NCBI RefSeq assembly: GCF_001194135.2
Contig: NC_069000.1
Location: 1,921,297 to 1,964,828 of the forward strand
DNA length: 43,532 bases
Source: Octopus bimaculoides
Lineage: Eukaryota
Reading direction: 5' to 3'
Position 1 is the first letter of the stretch; every line of letters begins with the position of its first letter. Shown here one piece after another: positions 25,062 through 37,783 of this stretch. The position numbers were made by a program, and so were the translations under genes. Under the pieces are notes generated by a model. The model saw only the letters and a program-made list of their open reading frames with translations. It did no database searches and had not been told where the DNA came from.

Positions 25062-25064
<3 letters not shown>
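24848..25064 (+). mobile_element. Family A SINE, full length, flanked on both sides by (ATT)n
   Basis: aaggcggcgaaatgacagaatcgttagcacgccgggc head, GGGTTCAAATTTC B-box-like, ctttcaacctttcggggtcgat core, ttcaggccttgtgcctatagtagacaggatt tail. Confidence 0.92.
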
Positions 25065-25117
<53 letters not shown>

Positions 25118-25415
25118 GTTCCAAAAAGAACAAACACACACAAAAAAAAGACAAAAACGCGAGGACGTGGTACATGTAATGTATTAGCAGACGCTCAGGA
25201 GCGAAAATATATATATATAATATAATATGTGTGTGTGTCTGTGTATAAAGGTAAGATCCAACGATCCAGGTGTAGGTAGTTAGTAAGATTTGAGATGTCC
25301 GGAGAAGGTATAAAAAAACAATACCGGTTCTGCAAGATAGGAAACATATGCACCCTGGATTTTACCTCCTCCATTCCCTAAATTTGAACATATATATATA
25401 TATAGGTACACAGAT

Positions 25416-25466
<51 letters not shown>

Positions 25467-26289
25467 CACACACACACGCACACACATTCTGACGCCCAGA
25501 AATAATACTTAGAACATCCATTGTGAACATTATGTATTTCATGTATCGTATTATGACGTACGATAATTTTCTCAAATTAGAGATATTTTGGAAGTATTGG
25601 TATTATCAACAGTACCTGAAAATGTGGCAACAATTCTTGTCAGCGTTCTGATTGTTGACGTATTGGTGTAGTCAGGGTTACGTTACCCATCTGTCTATCC
25701 ATACACCTTCACTACCAGCAAGTGTGCAGAGGTGACACCTTCCGGATCACTCATGAACATTTAAGCATTATGTCATTCTATCATCATTGTATAAAATCGA
25801 TTGGAATTGGTACTGGCTTCTTGAAAAAAGAAAAGAAGAAAATATCTTCATCTAATATTAAAATGATAATTTGGTTTTTGTCAAGTTTAATTCTTGTATT
25901 TATTCTTTGAAAAATTATTTGCGAAATGTCGTTTGTCAAAATAAATAAATAAATAAATAAATAATTAAACAAAGGCAAAAAAAAAAAAACGGAAGTGAAT
26001 TTAATGAATAGGTTTTGGTTTAACTTGCATAGCAGAACTAAAAGACACCCTCATAGCATGATTTGTAATTTGGTAACGAGCAATGGAAATTTGAAACGGT
26101 CATGATTGAAAGAACATCGAGAAAGCAAACCTATAAATCATGTTGACACCTAGATCGATATTTTCACGTGGTAAAGAATTTGTTACGGTTAGAAAGTAAC
26201 GGAGTCCATATATCCCTTGACTCCTGCTGCTGGAAATCTATGGAAACCTTCTGTAATTTTCGTGTACGATCGCTAAACGTAAAGGAAAG

Positions 26290-26364
26290 CCCCACACATT
26301 TGGAGAAAACTTGCTGCTAAGAATTTTGCTCGGCGTGCTAACCATTCTGCCAGCTCCCAGCCTT
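26290..26364 (-). mobile_element. Family A 5' fragment
   Basis: ctaagaattttgctcggcgtgctaaccattctgccagctcccagcctt is the reverse complement of the A head. Confidence 0.75.
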
Positions 26365-26417
26365 ATGATCTTCTATAATGGTATATGAATATAAACTGAG
26401 AAACTTAAAGAATATAT

Positions 26418-26497
26418 CCTGGGGTCGATTTGCTCGACTAAAGGTGGTGCTCCTGCATGGTCGTAGTCAAATGACTGAAACAAGTAAAAGAGTAAAG
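26418..26497 (+). mobile_element. Family B 3' fragment
   Basis: ggggtcgatttgctcgactaaaggtggtgctcctgcatggtcgtagtcaaatgactgaaacaagtaaaag matches the reverse complement of 27642-27700. Confidence 0.82.
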
Positions 26498-26498
26498 A

Positions 26499-26532
<34 letters not shown>

Positions 26533-26716
26533 TAAATAGCAAAATCGAGATAAAGAGTACACTGAGCTTGCCGTGGTTAGTTGAAAATCCGACGTTTCGG
26601 ACAGATTTCTTTCTTCCGAGAAATAAGAAGAAACATAATTTTACATCCTGTAAGTTCCTTTTGTAAACAAATACGATGTAAAATACTGCCGTTGATACCT
26701 CTCTATGTATATGTAT

Positions 26717-26747
<31 letters not shown>

Positions 26748-27491
26748 CATAAACGCACACACACACATATTTTATGCATATAAAATATGTGAATAGGGGA
26801 AGATAAGACCAGTTAGAGGTCTGTATAAGGAGACTATAGTAATAAACAAGAGTTGAATGTTATTATAAGACTTAGCAATGTTCATGTTCATTCTCTTCTT
26901 AAAGCATGGCCAAATATTACAACTTTCGTCGCTGTGGCGAAAATTAGTAACCAAGTGTACGTTTGATCGATATTTGATTTTTAACTCGGGCTGAGGTGGT
27001 GCAAGGTTCAATGATTCTATACTATATCCTTCTCAGTCACAATTCTGAGAGACGCGGCTTGAACTGCCAATAAAAGTTATATGAGTCCATAAGAGATGAA
27101 ATAACGCACATGAAATATCGAGAGGTACAAGTTTTTGAAAGAAACATCTTCAAGTACGCAATGTATGATTTATTTACTGCGTGTCTCTGGTTCTCCTTCT
27201 GTTTTATGGCATGCACTATGTGAAATCTGTTGTGCTTTACAACGTATGTATATTTAGACACAACACAGACAAAAATACATACTACAATACGCGAATATAT
27301 CCATATATATATATATATATATGAATTTTATGTATGCGTGCAGTTAAAAATATATACACTCACATATAATCTATATATGCATCTATGTATATGTCTATGT
27401 CTATATGCATGTATATATATGTGTGTGTACATACATTCATACATACATACATACATACATACATACATACATACGTACATACATACATACA

Positions 27492-27560
<69 letters not shown>

Positions 27561-27641
27561 CATAATTTTGTTTCAGCACTGATAAACTTCAGAATTTAAA
27601 ATTATATTTACGTACTTATTCATTCTTAATACATTTGGCCA

Positions 27642-27810
27642 GATTTGACTGTGGCCATGCTGGAGCACCTCCTTTTACTCGAACGAATCGACCCCAGCAC
27701 TTATTCTTTGTAAGCCTAGTACTTATTCTATCGGTCTCGTTTGCCGACCTGCTAATTACGGGGTCGTAAACACGTCAGCATCGGTTGTCAGTCGATAGTG
27801 GGGGACAGAC
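27642..27810 (-). mobile_element. Family B SINE, 3' half
   Basis: Collinear with 12360-12540. Confidence 0.88.
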
Positions 27811-28008
27811 TCATGTTTTATAATGTGTACATTATAGAATGGTTTTCTGTTATTCGGTTTTTGATATCATTTCATCTATTGTGCTCACCTTGTTTAGTGT
27901 ACTGATTACGTTATTCATAATGAATAAATTATTTCAAATATGGAGTGGAATGTAGTATTCATATTCATTCAGCTCATACTTCATCCTGATACTCGAAGAA
28001 GGCACATA

Positions 28009-28241
28009 CAGGTTTGACCAAAAGTCACCCGACAGTAAATCAAAATTCCGTAAATACTATATGTAATTCTGTATTGACTCAAATGGAAAAATGTGTCGCT
28101 CAAGAAGACCTTCAGTTTGAACAATTTTCATGATGTTTCATATTTAGATGCTTTTCTTAAATTCATTCAGTTGTTAAACATAAATAAATCTTGGAATTAC
28201 ATGGTTTTCATTTACTGTCAGGTGACTTTTGACCAACCCTG
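28009..28241 (+). mobile_element. Non-autonomous Tc1/mariner element (233 bp)
   Basis: 32-bp TIRs at 28009-28040 and 28210-28241 (28/32 identical, CAGG[T/G]TTG..CAAAAGTCACC.GACAGTAAAT), TA on both flanks. Internal 28062-28133 reads CNSVLTQMEKCVAQEDLQFEQFS*, resembling a transposase C-terminus. Confidence 0.9.
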
Positions 28242-28250
28242 TATATTTAC

Positions 28251-28497
28251 GTGTATGTGTGTGTGTGTCTGTGTCATTGTGTCTGTGTATGTCACCTAAC
28301 ATCACTTGACTATCGTGTTGGCGTGTTTATGCCCACGTAACTTAGCGGTTCGGCAAAAAATACCAACTGGATAAATACCAGGTTTAAAACAATGCAATAA
28401 ATAATGGAGTCAATTCAAGAAAATGTCCACTCAAGAAAATTCTTCAAGGCGATGCCCCATCATGGCCACAGTCAATGAAACAAATGAAAGATAAAAG
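28251..28497 (+). mobile_element. Family B SINE, 3' half
   Basis: (TG)n then gttggcgtgtttatgcccacgtaacttagcggttcggcaaaa ... catggccacagtcaatgaaac; reverse complement of the 12345-12560 and 27642-27810 copies. Confidence 0.82.
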
Positions 28498-28964
28498 AGA
28501 AAAGATGTAGCCAAACAATAGTATATCTTTATGGGCAGATTATGTGTATTATTCCACTTAGCGCAGTCCGCTTGACTGTGCATAGGTCCACGTATTTGGA
28601 ATAACAACGAATTTTTATGCAGCTGCAGTATGTGAAATCTGAGATATGGTTCATTAATTTGTGGTACCGAATTCAATTGCTTGAATGGAAATAGTTTGGA
28701 TATAGTTAAAACTTGACTCCGTTGATTTCCCTCGATAAACTACAAAAGATTCAGTCTTTAGAGAGGGAATCAACTTCTGAACGTGTTATGGTATTCCCTA
28801 ATTTGCGTTCAGAAATATTACTTATGTCAGGTCTCATGTTTTGCTAAATTTACATTCACGGCTATATACAGCAAATGAAATACTAATAGGAAGTATTCAT
28901 AGCTTTCTCGGATGTCCTTTGGGAGAGCGTTATGTAATCTATATTTGACGTGGTTCGATAGAAC

Positions 28965-28983
28965 TAATAGTAATAATAATAAC

Positions 28984-29052
<69 letters not shown>
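28965..29052. repeat. (AAT)n microsatellite
   Basis: Directly visible. Confidence 0.99.
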
Positions 29053-29420
29053 CATAGTCAGTCGACAAAAACACGTACAGAAAAGAGGAAAAAATAGAGC
29101 ATTATATTATTTGGAAATTGAATGATAAGATTTATCAAATTCGAAGCAAATTTTTAATATGAAATGCAATATCAATGTTAAAAATGACGTATTTATTTAA
29201 TGTATAACAAAATGTGGACGCTATTGATTTACAGACTATTAAGGTTTTCTGTTTGCAGTATGAGAGCAAGGAAAGAGAAAGAGAAAAGACACCCAGAAAA
29301 GTAATAATAGTAACAATAAATAAAATAAAATAAAAAAAGATTATTAGAAACAGATAATAGAAATATATATTGTGAAAATATGATGAGCATTATATACATA
29401 CATATGGAAATGTATATGTA

Positions 29421-29465
<45 letters not shown>

Positions 29466-29506
29466 AAATATAGAAATATAGACATATATTTACGCACACA
29501 CACACG

Positions 29507-29540
<34 letters not shown>

Positions 29541-29751
29541 CACACACACACACACATATATATATGTATATATATGTGTGTGTATGTATATATGTGTGTA
29601 TGCGTGTATGTATATATGTGTATGTGTATGTATGTATATATGTCTATATATATATGTGTGTGTGTATGTATATCTATACGCACATATATATATGTATATA
29701 TATAATATATATATATTAAAGATACTATATATATATAATTTATATTAAATA

Positions 29752-29787
<36 letters not shown>

Positions 29788-30299
29788 NNNNNNNNNNTAT
29801 ATACTATATATTATATATATTTTCTACATGTATTGTAGAAATAAATGAATAAATAAATAGATAAAAAAATACAAATAAAAGTTTAAAGCTGTGTATTGTC
29901 AAATATAAATATTGTTTTCTTTATCGGTTAAGAAATATGATATAAATTTTATGGAAACCCATGGATATTATTATTATACTGAGAAACTCAAACAGCTGTC
30001 ACATTCATTTGTCGATTTAAAAGTGATATAAATGCTAAAATAAATATCTGCTTTTTCTCTTCAACTTTAGAATACCATGATTCAAATAAACAGAACTGTT
30101 TTCCATTTTGTATTTTTTTGTTGTCGCTTCAGAAGGAAAAAAGAAAATCATTATTAGAAAACTCAAAGTTTATAATCGATTCAGAAGGTTTCGTTCTTAG
30201 AATAACAAAGTTAATGTATGCCTAGCAATTATGGTGTATGTGTAGGTACGTATTTAGTTACATGTCTGCACGTTTTGGGTTCGGGTCCGTTTATCGCCT

Positions 30300-30612
30300 T
30301 TTTGTTTTACTTGTTTCAATATTTGGATTGTGGCAATACTGGAACACTATCTTGAAGGGTTTAGACACAGAAATCGATCGTAATACATAGTTTTAAAATT
30401 CTGGTACTCAATCAATCGATCTTTTTTTGGTGGGGGGCGTCTAAGCTACGGTGGCTTAAAACAACCCAACATCAGTTGTCAAACGGTTGTGGGGAACAAA
30501 CAAGGACACACACACACGCGAACACACACAGACACAGACACACAAACACACACACACACATTCGACAGGCGTCCTTAAGTTTCCGCATACAAAATCTTTA
30601 GTCTTTAGTCGT
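30300..30612 (-). mobile_element. Degenerate family B SINE
   Basis: Collinear with 12345-12640, including the internal (CA)n and ttcgacaggcgtccttaagtttccg. Confidence 0.7.
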
Positions 30613-30805
30613 CAGGTTGCTGGATGTAGTGGAGTAGGGTGGGGTGGGGTATTACACCATTCACGTTTTTTCTGTTGAAGATCACTCTGTGTCGTCCAGG
30701 TAATGATCACTCTGTTTTCTCTTATATGTGGACCATTCTTAATCTGTTTCAATTTCATGTCCCCTCCGTGTCGATAATATTCTAACATTTCTGTTATCCA
30801 CCGAT

Positions 30806-31032
30806 CAAGAAAAACGTCTCAATGACCAATACCCAAAGAGAACTAATATGCCGATGTTGACAAAGACCTTACTCATCAAAAGCTAATGGCTTCTGGCTTA
30901 AAATCAGAAACAGAAGGGTTTATCATAGTAGCCCAAGATCAATGCTTACCTATAAGAAACTACCAGGCCAACATATTAAAGAACGATAGCTTCCCAACAT
31001 GTATATGTCAACAACAAAATGAAACCACTGAG
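30806..31032 (+). mobile_element. R4/Dong-clade non-LTR retrotransposon ORF fragment (region just before the CCHC knuckle and restriction-like endonuclease)
   Basis: Reads QEKRLNDQYPKRTN, frameshift, then ADVDKDLTHQKLMASGLKSETEGFIIVAQDQCLPIRNYQANILKNDSFPTCICQQQNETTE (30850-31032). LKSETEGFII.AQDQ.L.TRNY followed by CxxC..xET is a motif characteristic of R4/Dong elements. Confidence 0.88.
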
Positions 31033-31088
31033 AATTTGAACTCAGAGCGTGAAGACAGATAAAATACCGCTAAGCATTTCGCCCGACG
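31033..31088 (-). mobile_element. Family A internal fragment abutting the LINE fragment
   Basis: aatttgaactcagagcgtgaagacagataaaataccgctaagcatttcgcccg is the reverse complement of the A head/B-box region. Confidence 0.85.
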
Positions 31089-31158
31089 GATATTAAAAAA
31101 AAATATATATATCTTTCCCAACTTTGCCTTATATGCATGTGTGTATGTTTAAGCAATG

Positions 31159-31197
31159 CAGGTATATCAGGTATATCAGGTATATCAGGTATATCAG
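31159..31197. repeat. 9-bp tandem repeat (CAGGTATAT) x4
   Basis: Directly visible. Confidence 0.95.
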
Positions 31198-31830
31198 TTG
31201 TTAGTTATATTTTATAATTTCAGTTGTTTAAACTCAACTAAACAATGATTGTAACTTTATCTTCTCAAAAATCTCATTCATTGTGAAACAAACAAACACA
31301 CACAAAAAAAAAAAAAAGAAAGAGAAAAGAATTGAAAGAAAACCAGCAGATGCGAAATAATTAGGAATATGGCAAATGTAATTTGGAAACTGCATGAATA
31401 ATTAAATAAACATGACATTACCTGTGATGAAATATAATCTGGAGGATGGAACTAATATATAAATAAACAAAACCAAAATGAAGCGAAAAACGAGCCAAAA
31501 CTTTTGAAAATGAAAAATTACAAACTCAGAATTAGCACTTTACAATAAATTGATTGATAGCAAAATTCACTAGTCTGAGCAAAACCACCACCACCACCAC
31601 CACCACCACCACCACCACNNNNNNNNNNNNNNNNNNNNNNNNNNNNNNNNNNNNNNNNNNNNNNNNNNNNNNNNNNNNNNNNNNNNNNNNNNNNNNNNNN
31701 NNNNNNNNNNNNNNNNNNNNNNNNNNNNNNNNNNNNNNNNNNNNNNNNNNNNNNNNNNNNNNNNNNNNNNNNNNNNNNNNNNNNNAAATGAATATATTAC
31801 TGAGAGAGTGGGAGAAGTGAATAATTTGTT

Positions 31831-32043
31831 GGAGTGGCTGTGTGGTAAGTAGCTTTAGCGTGCCGGACAGAATGCTTAACGTTATTTTGCACACCTTTAC
31901 GTTCTGAATTCAAATTCCGTCGAGGTCGACTTTGCCTTTCACTACTTCGGGGGCCGATAAATTAAGTTGAGCACTGGGGTCGATGTAATCGATTCACTCA
32001 TTCCCGAAATTGCTGGCCTTGTGCCAAAATTTGAAACCAATAT
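31831..32043 (+). mobile_element. Chimeric SINE: family B A-box segment fused to a family A body and tail
   Basis: ggagtggctgtgtggtaagtagctt (31831-31855) matches the B head (reverse complement of 12720-12740). From about 31855 the sequence follows family A to ggccttgtgccaaaatttgaaacc. Confidence 0.8.
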
Positions 32044-32677
32044 GAAAAGATTGGAGACAGAGGTGAGTTAAAGAACCACAAAAAATAATTAGCGAAAATA
32101 TGGTACAAGTTACCAAGCCATACTCATGCGCAGGTGACAGCTGAATCCTAGAATTAATATTTCACGGTGAATAGAACAACAGAATTCATACTTCTCACTG
32201 GTTTTCAAGGATTAAACTGATAACAGACAATGTCTGTTCAATTATAACTAATTCTAAATGACAATTCTAAACCTTTTCCTCAAATCTCTGTTATCTACAC
32301 TCTAAAATTAAATGAGTCGCTGTACATGAAATTAAGTCTACTGTCAAATTAGCTACGGAGACACCTGCCGTGGAATTGAATTGACAATAGTGAAGTTGTA
32401 ATTGTATACCTAGAAAATAGTTGTATACGTCTCTAGAGATAAAGTTGATTAAGTGTGTTGTATGAAATATAGTAAATGATTAGAGGTACTTTAAATGCAT
32501 TTACAACGGTTAATCAAAAGCTAGTTGCGACCACATCGCCTGGTGGGCATACAAATATCATGTGACATGTTCTAAGGAATTTTATGCAAGAAAATGCCTA
32601 ATTTCGTATCGGCAGAATTATTATTATAATTAATATGATAATAATTATGACAAAAATTACTATCATTATGCTAATTT

Positions 32678-32856
32678 AAGGCGGCGAACTGGGGGAATCT
32701 TTAGCACGCCGAACGCAATGTTTAGCGGCATTTCATGCGTGTTTACGTTCTGAGTTCAAATTCCGCCGAGGTAGACTCTGCAGTCCATCTTTTCGAGGCC
32801 GATAAAATAAGTACCAGTTGAGCACTGTAATCGGTTGACCCCTTCCACAAAATTGC
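32678..32856 (+). mobile_element. Family A SINE
   Basis: aaggcggcgaactgggggaatctttagcacgcc head, GAGTTCAAATTCC, gccgataaaataagtaccagttgagcactg core. Confidence 0.9.
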
Positions 32857-33689
32857 AATAAAAAAAGGGTTTATGGCATTTTCAGGTTGTTTTTTTCTTA
32901 TTTAGTATATTTCTAAATAATATGCGATAGTATGTGTGTGAGGGTAGAAAACATGGCGTTCTGTATGTTTTGGTATTGAAGTGTCAGATTTATTCGTTCA
33001 TTTTTTTTTACTGCCTTTCCTCCTTCCATGTTTATCTTAATCTTTTCTGATCTTATTCCCTTTAGCATGAAAAATAATTTTTAACGTATTGTTTTGTGCT
33101 TTATTTTGTAGCTCTATTCTCCTTCTACAACTTTTGCATATTGTTCTTAAAATTTAAATATGTTTTACCATTTTTTTCAGACATGTGACTATAGGTGGTG
33201 GTGGTGGGGGAAAGTAAAAACTACGAACGAATTTATCTCACAATCCAATAGTTTGACATGGTCTGCGAGGAAATATTGATGGCCCCGAGAGAATTGACAT
33301 AACTTTTCTCCCAGGCCAATCTCAACAGAAACCAGGGACACTTGTTAAGGAGGAGCATAATATATTTTCCAGAAATATAGTCACACAAATATCAATAATT
33401 AGACATATATATGACCAAAATTAGTGTAAATATTCTCCTGAAGAAGCCATTAAAACATCTCAAAGAGCATTTAATAGGAAAACCAACGAAAAACCAAAAA
33501 GAAAGCAAATATTTTATATTTGAATAAGAAATTAATTTTAGTTTAAGCTTTGAAATTTATAATTTAATCATCTGAAATCTATGACCGGAAATAAATAATG
33601 TTATAAACAAAAAAAAATATAATTATTGATGAAATATGAAATAACAATAACCAACTTAGTTGATATCTTAAGCTAAGAACAACAACACT

Positions 33690-33707
33690 ACCATCACCAC
33701 CACCACC

Positions 33708-33739
<32 letters not shown>

Positions 33740-33795
33740 CAACAACAGCAAGAACAACAACGATGACAACAACAATAAAGGTAATATTGATAATA

Positions 33796-33846
<51 letters not shown>

Positions 33847-33855
33847 GTGATGATA
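33690..33855. repeat. Compound (CAC)n-(CAA)n-(GAT)n microsatellite
   Basis: Directly visible. Confidence 0.97.
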
Positions 33856-34292
33856 ACAATACCAAATTTAGTTTCTGGTATCATTAATTTTTTCTAACGA
33901 AGACAGAACAGTCAGCAACAATAACCCTGGACAATCACTGGAAACATGAATGGTAAATTAACGCCGACGCTTTTTTTTGAACTGTTAACGTAATCTTTAA
34001 TAAAACATAGTCTTTAATAAAACGTTAGCAGCAAATTTGGTAAACTAACATCGCCAACTTTCGTTGGCCATGAGCAACAGCTTTGTTAGTCATACAAAAG
34101 GACCTCAAAAGAGCCTCGCGTCTGTTACAAGAAATATTAAAAAATAAATTTAGTAATATTAGTAAAATTACATTTAAATTTGAATGAAGATTGGTATTGC
34201 TGCTATTATCTTTATTAATTTTAATAATAATGTCAACATTGTTTCAATTTGAATGCAATTTTATTGAAACAATGCAGGAATTTTAACAATGA

Positions 34293-34350
34293 TTTCAATT
34301 TTTGGTACAAAGCCAGTAATTTCTATGGGGGAATGTAAGTGGATTACATC
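34293..34350 (-). mobile_element. Family A 3' tail fragment
   Basis: tttcaatttttggtacaaagccagtaatttc...gtggattacatc resembles the reverse complement of 31985-32040. Confidence 0.55.
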
Positions 34351-35410
34351 GGAGTATACGGTTTTTCTTCAAATGTGTGTGTGTGTTGCAATGTATTACA
34401 TCAAATTATGAGATGTTAAATTTTTAAGAAACTTTTTACCCAATTTTATAAGATTATGTGAGAGAAAATGTTTAGATTGAAACAAGAACCAAGAAATTCC
34501 AAACTGAGTGGATTAACCATACGGCTCCTAGTTGAGCCCACAGATAGTTCATTAAATATATCGTGTTTTCTACTTTACTAACGTAATGAAATACGTAGCG
34601 TGGGACCTTTTTTCTGGATGAAGATGCACGAATTCCTGATTTCAATTTAGTCTCTGTTATTTGTAGGATAAGTGGATATTTCGAAATCTATTAAATATTT
34701 GTTAAAAATACATACAAAAACATACAACAAAGAAAAAATGTAATAAGAATAGAAAAACCTAAAATATCACTGTTTTTTTCATTCTTGAATGGCGCGAGAA
34801 ATCGGATTTCGTTTCGACTTTTCTGTGACTATTGCATGCAAATATAGTTTGCGCTTCAGAATAGTGACACGCAAATCTAAAACGTTTAAATATCAAAACG
34901 AAAAATATCGCCGTCGCACCCACCTCTCTAAAAAGCAAGAATGTTGTCAATAATATGAAAAGCAGAAAGAATCGAAAACTCCCCTTATACACACACACCA
35001 CAGAAACACACACATGAAAATGATGATATCAAAATCAATGAGATAAAATGAAAAAAAATAATATTAGACCAACAATAAGAGCTATAGAATTGATATAAGA
35101 AAATTGTATTTTACACTGAGTTTTGGCTGCGTGTTAACAACGTTGTTTTATTATTCGTTCAGTAATACTATATTTACATGAATACTAATATATATATATA
35201 TATATATATATACAGACAAAAAAGGATACAGATGAGACCTACGCAGGCGTACACACACGTACAGCCTGATAGATTGATAGATATAGTAAATAACGTTCAC
35301 TATGCTACAAGATTTCTTTAAATGTCTTTATATATAAGTATGTGTGCGCGCGCACACAACATATTTATAGACGCACACATGCACAAATATATGTGTTTAT
35401 TATATACGTA

Positions 35411-35460
<50 letters not shown>

Positions 35461-36698
35461 ATACAAAATAGGACATGAATGCAAAACATCCGGAGAGTTA
35501 ATGTTCCTTGTTACTGCCATTGCTTTGCATATGGCAAAACCCAACATCTTACAAAAGCATTGAGATATAATAAAATCTAAACACTCCCAGCTACCTCAGA
35601 TTTGCTTCAAAATACAAGATTCGCTGATAACCGCATTATTATTGTTTTCCAAAAGAAATAATGATTTCTAGGTAATATCTTAGTTATCTCCCTTGGTTAC
35701 CTCTTGTTTTTTGAAAACTTTTGATTCACTGATTTATCACTCTTGGCTGTTCTGTTTTTCGTATTAAACACCCACAGAAAATAAGAATTCATTCTTCACA
35801 TTACAAGGATTATGTCAATTAATCTGGCTTTTTGAACTCACTCTATTACATTAATGAAAGATTACCGTATTCCTGTTTGGTATGCAGAAATTTGGTACCA
35901 TGCTGTGGAGATCAATTTAAGATAAAAACAACACGACAACAAAAGCTGGCAAATGTGATTGGAATCTATTGACGTTTTAAATCTTCATTTTCGTCGTTAA
36001 TACAAATTAAACAGATAAAATATGATTCCACATTTTATTGTTATTACCATTGAATTAGCAAGAAAGAACAGCTCTTTTTCTTTTAGGAAGAAGTAAAATG
36101 GACCGACCAATCAAAGCAAGGCTTCTAAAAAGAGGCCTTTAGTTAACATCAATTCCAGAAAGTTCAATAAGTGTGATACGAAGAGTACGTGATGTCCTGA
36201 GGGCGATAACCATAGAAATACGTTGAATTTAGTATATATTTCACTTGCCTTAATAAACATATGCACACTGAATTATGGCAAGAACGAACAGCTCAAAGTT
36301 TAAGCTGAGAAGAACAAAATCTATAAACATTGAAATATGAACACACACACACACTCGCGCGCACATATCCACACACTCATGCACAAAACAGACACATTTA
36401 TGAATACATAAATACTCGGTACAGTGTAGCTCTCGGGTAAATATAATTCAAATTGTCAGTATCGTTATTCTTGAGTAGCAGCAAACCTATTATAAAATGC
36501 GTTCTAACCTTAACCTTAACCATATATAGATTATGTATGTATATATATATATATATATAGCTAGATAGATGGATGGATAGATAAATATATATACACACAA
36601 TATGTGTGTCTGTGCATGCGTGTGTGTATACATATACATATTTACATATATATGTATGTATGCACACACACACTATATTTGGTTTATATACATATATG

Positions 36699-36732
<34 letters not shown>

Positions 36733-37241
36733 TGTATGTATGTATGTATGTATACACAAGAAGTGGCTGCAAAATCCTTCGCTGGCTCCTGTGAACAGTG
36801 TAGAAACGTCTGTGTACAAACATACCGCTTCTAAGCTTTCATTGTGTGAAATATCTTAAGAAAGTGGAGATAATGGGTGAATATAATAGGCAATTTTGTT
36901 ATTGGGGGAGTTGGTGTTATTGCATATATTTACATGTATGTATATATGGTTATACTCGTATATATAATTCTAAGCGTATACAAACTGATATATCTATCTA
37001 TCTATCTATCTATATATATATATATATATCTATATATATATATCTATATATATATACACACATAGACATACATAGGTATATTTACTCCCACGCACACCTG
37101 CACACACTCTCATATACACACACTCTCATATACACACACGTATATGCATAACTATATGCATAATCGTATATGAATACATACGTACTTATAAACATACATA
37201 CGAGAGAACATCCATATATAAACGTATGCGTATATGAATAC

Positions 37242-37307
<66 letters not shown>

Positions 37308-37783
37308 ATATATGTATGTGTGTGTATGTGTATATTCACGTACTTACTAACATACGTAATGTTCGTGTATAAATAATTGTCTAAGACACTCAAATTAAAC
37401 GAATTAGCGAATGAATTTAAAAAGAAATCTTCTCTGATTCTCTTCCTTTTATATTTTTAAAACCATTTTAGAGCTAATTTAATATAACTTAATTGCAAAT
37501 TTAATGGTCTTCTGTCTTCCGAATTAGCTCCATAATCTACATTATAGAACATCAGCGTAAAAACGAAAAGTCTCCGCCATTCCATTAAAATCTCAATTTG
37601 TTTATTGATAGAAATAATCAGATTGCTTCTAACTCAATATTTAAATCTGTTGTCCGTTATAATGTGATAACCCTGTGCGTGTATAGCTTCAGTTTAGTGC
37701 TGGCCACTCTGTGCTTCAACAATTCGTGTTTAGTTTCTTAGGTTACACGTCCGTGGATAATGTTTTTCCTCTCCATCTCACAG

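Noticed and set aside
25611-25669. PENVATILVSVLIVDVLV* as a transmembrane exon of the candidate gene
   Set aside because: Its phase is incompatible with the good donor at 23944, and it ends in a stop immediately.
33903-33952. Exon candidate TEQSATITLDNHWKHE (phase 0-2)
   Set aside because: Fair splice sites, but no homology or independent support.
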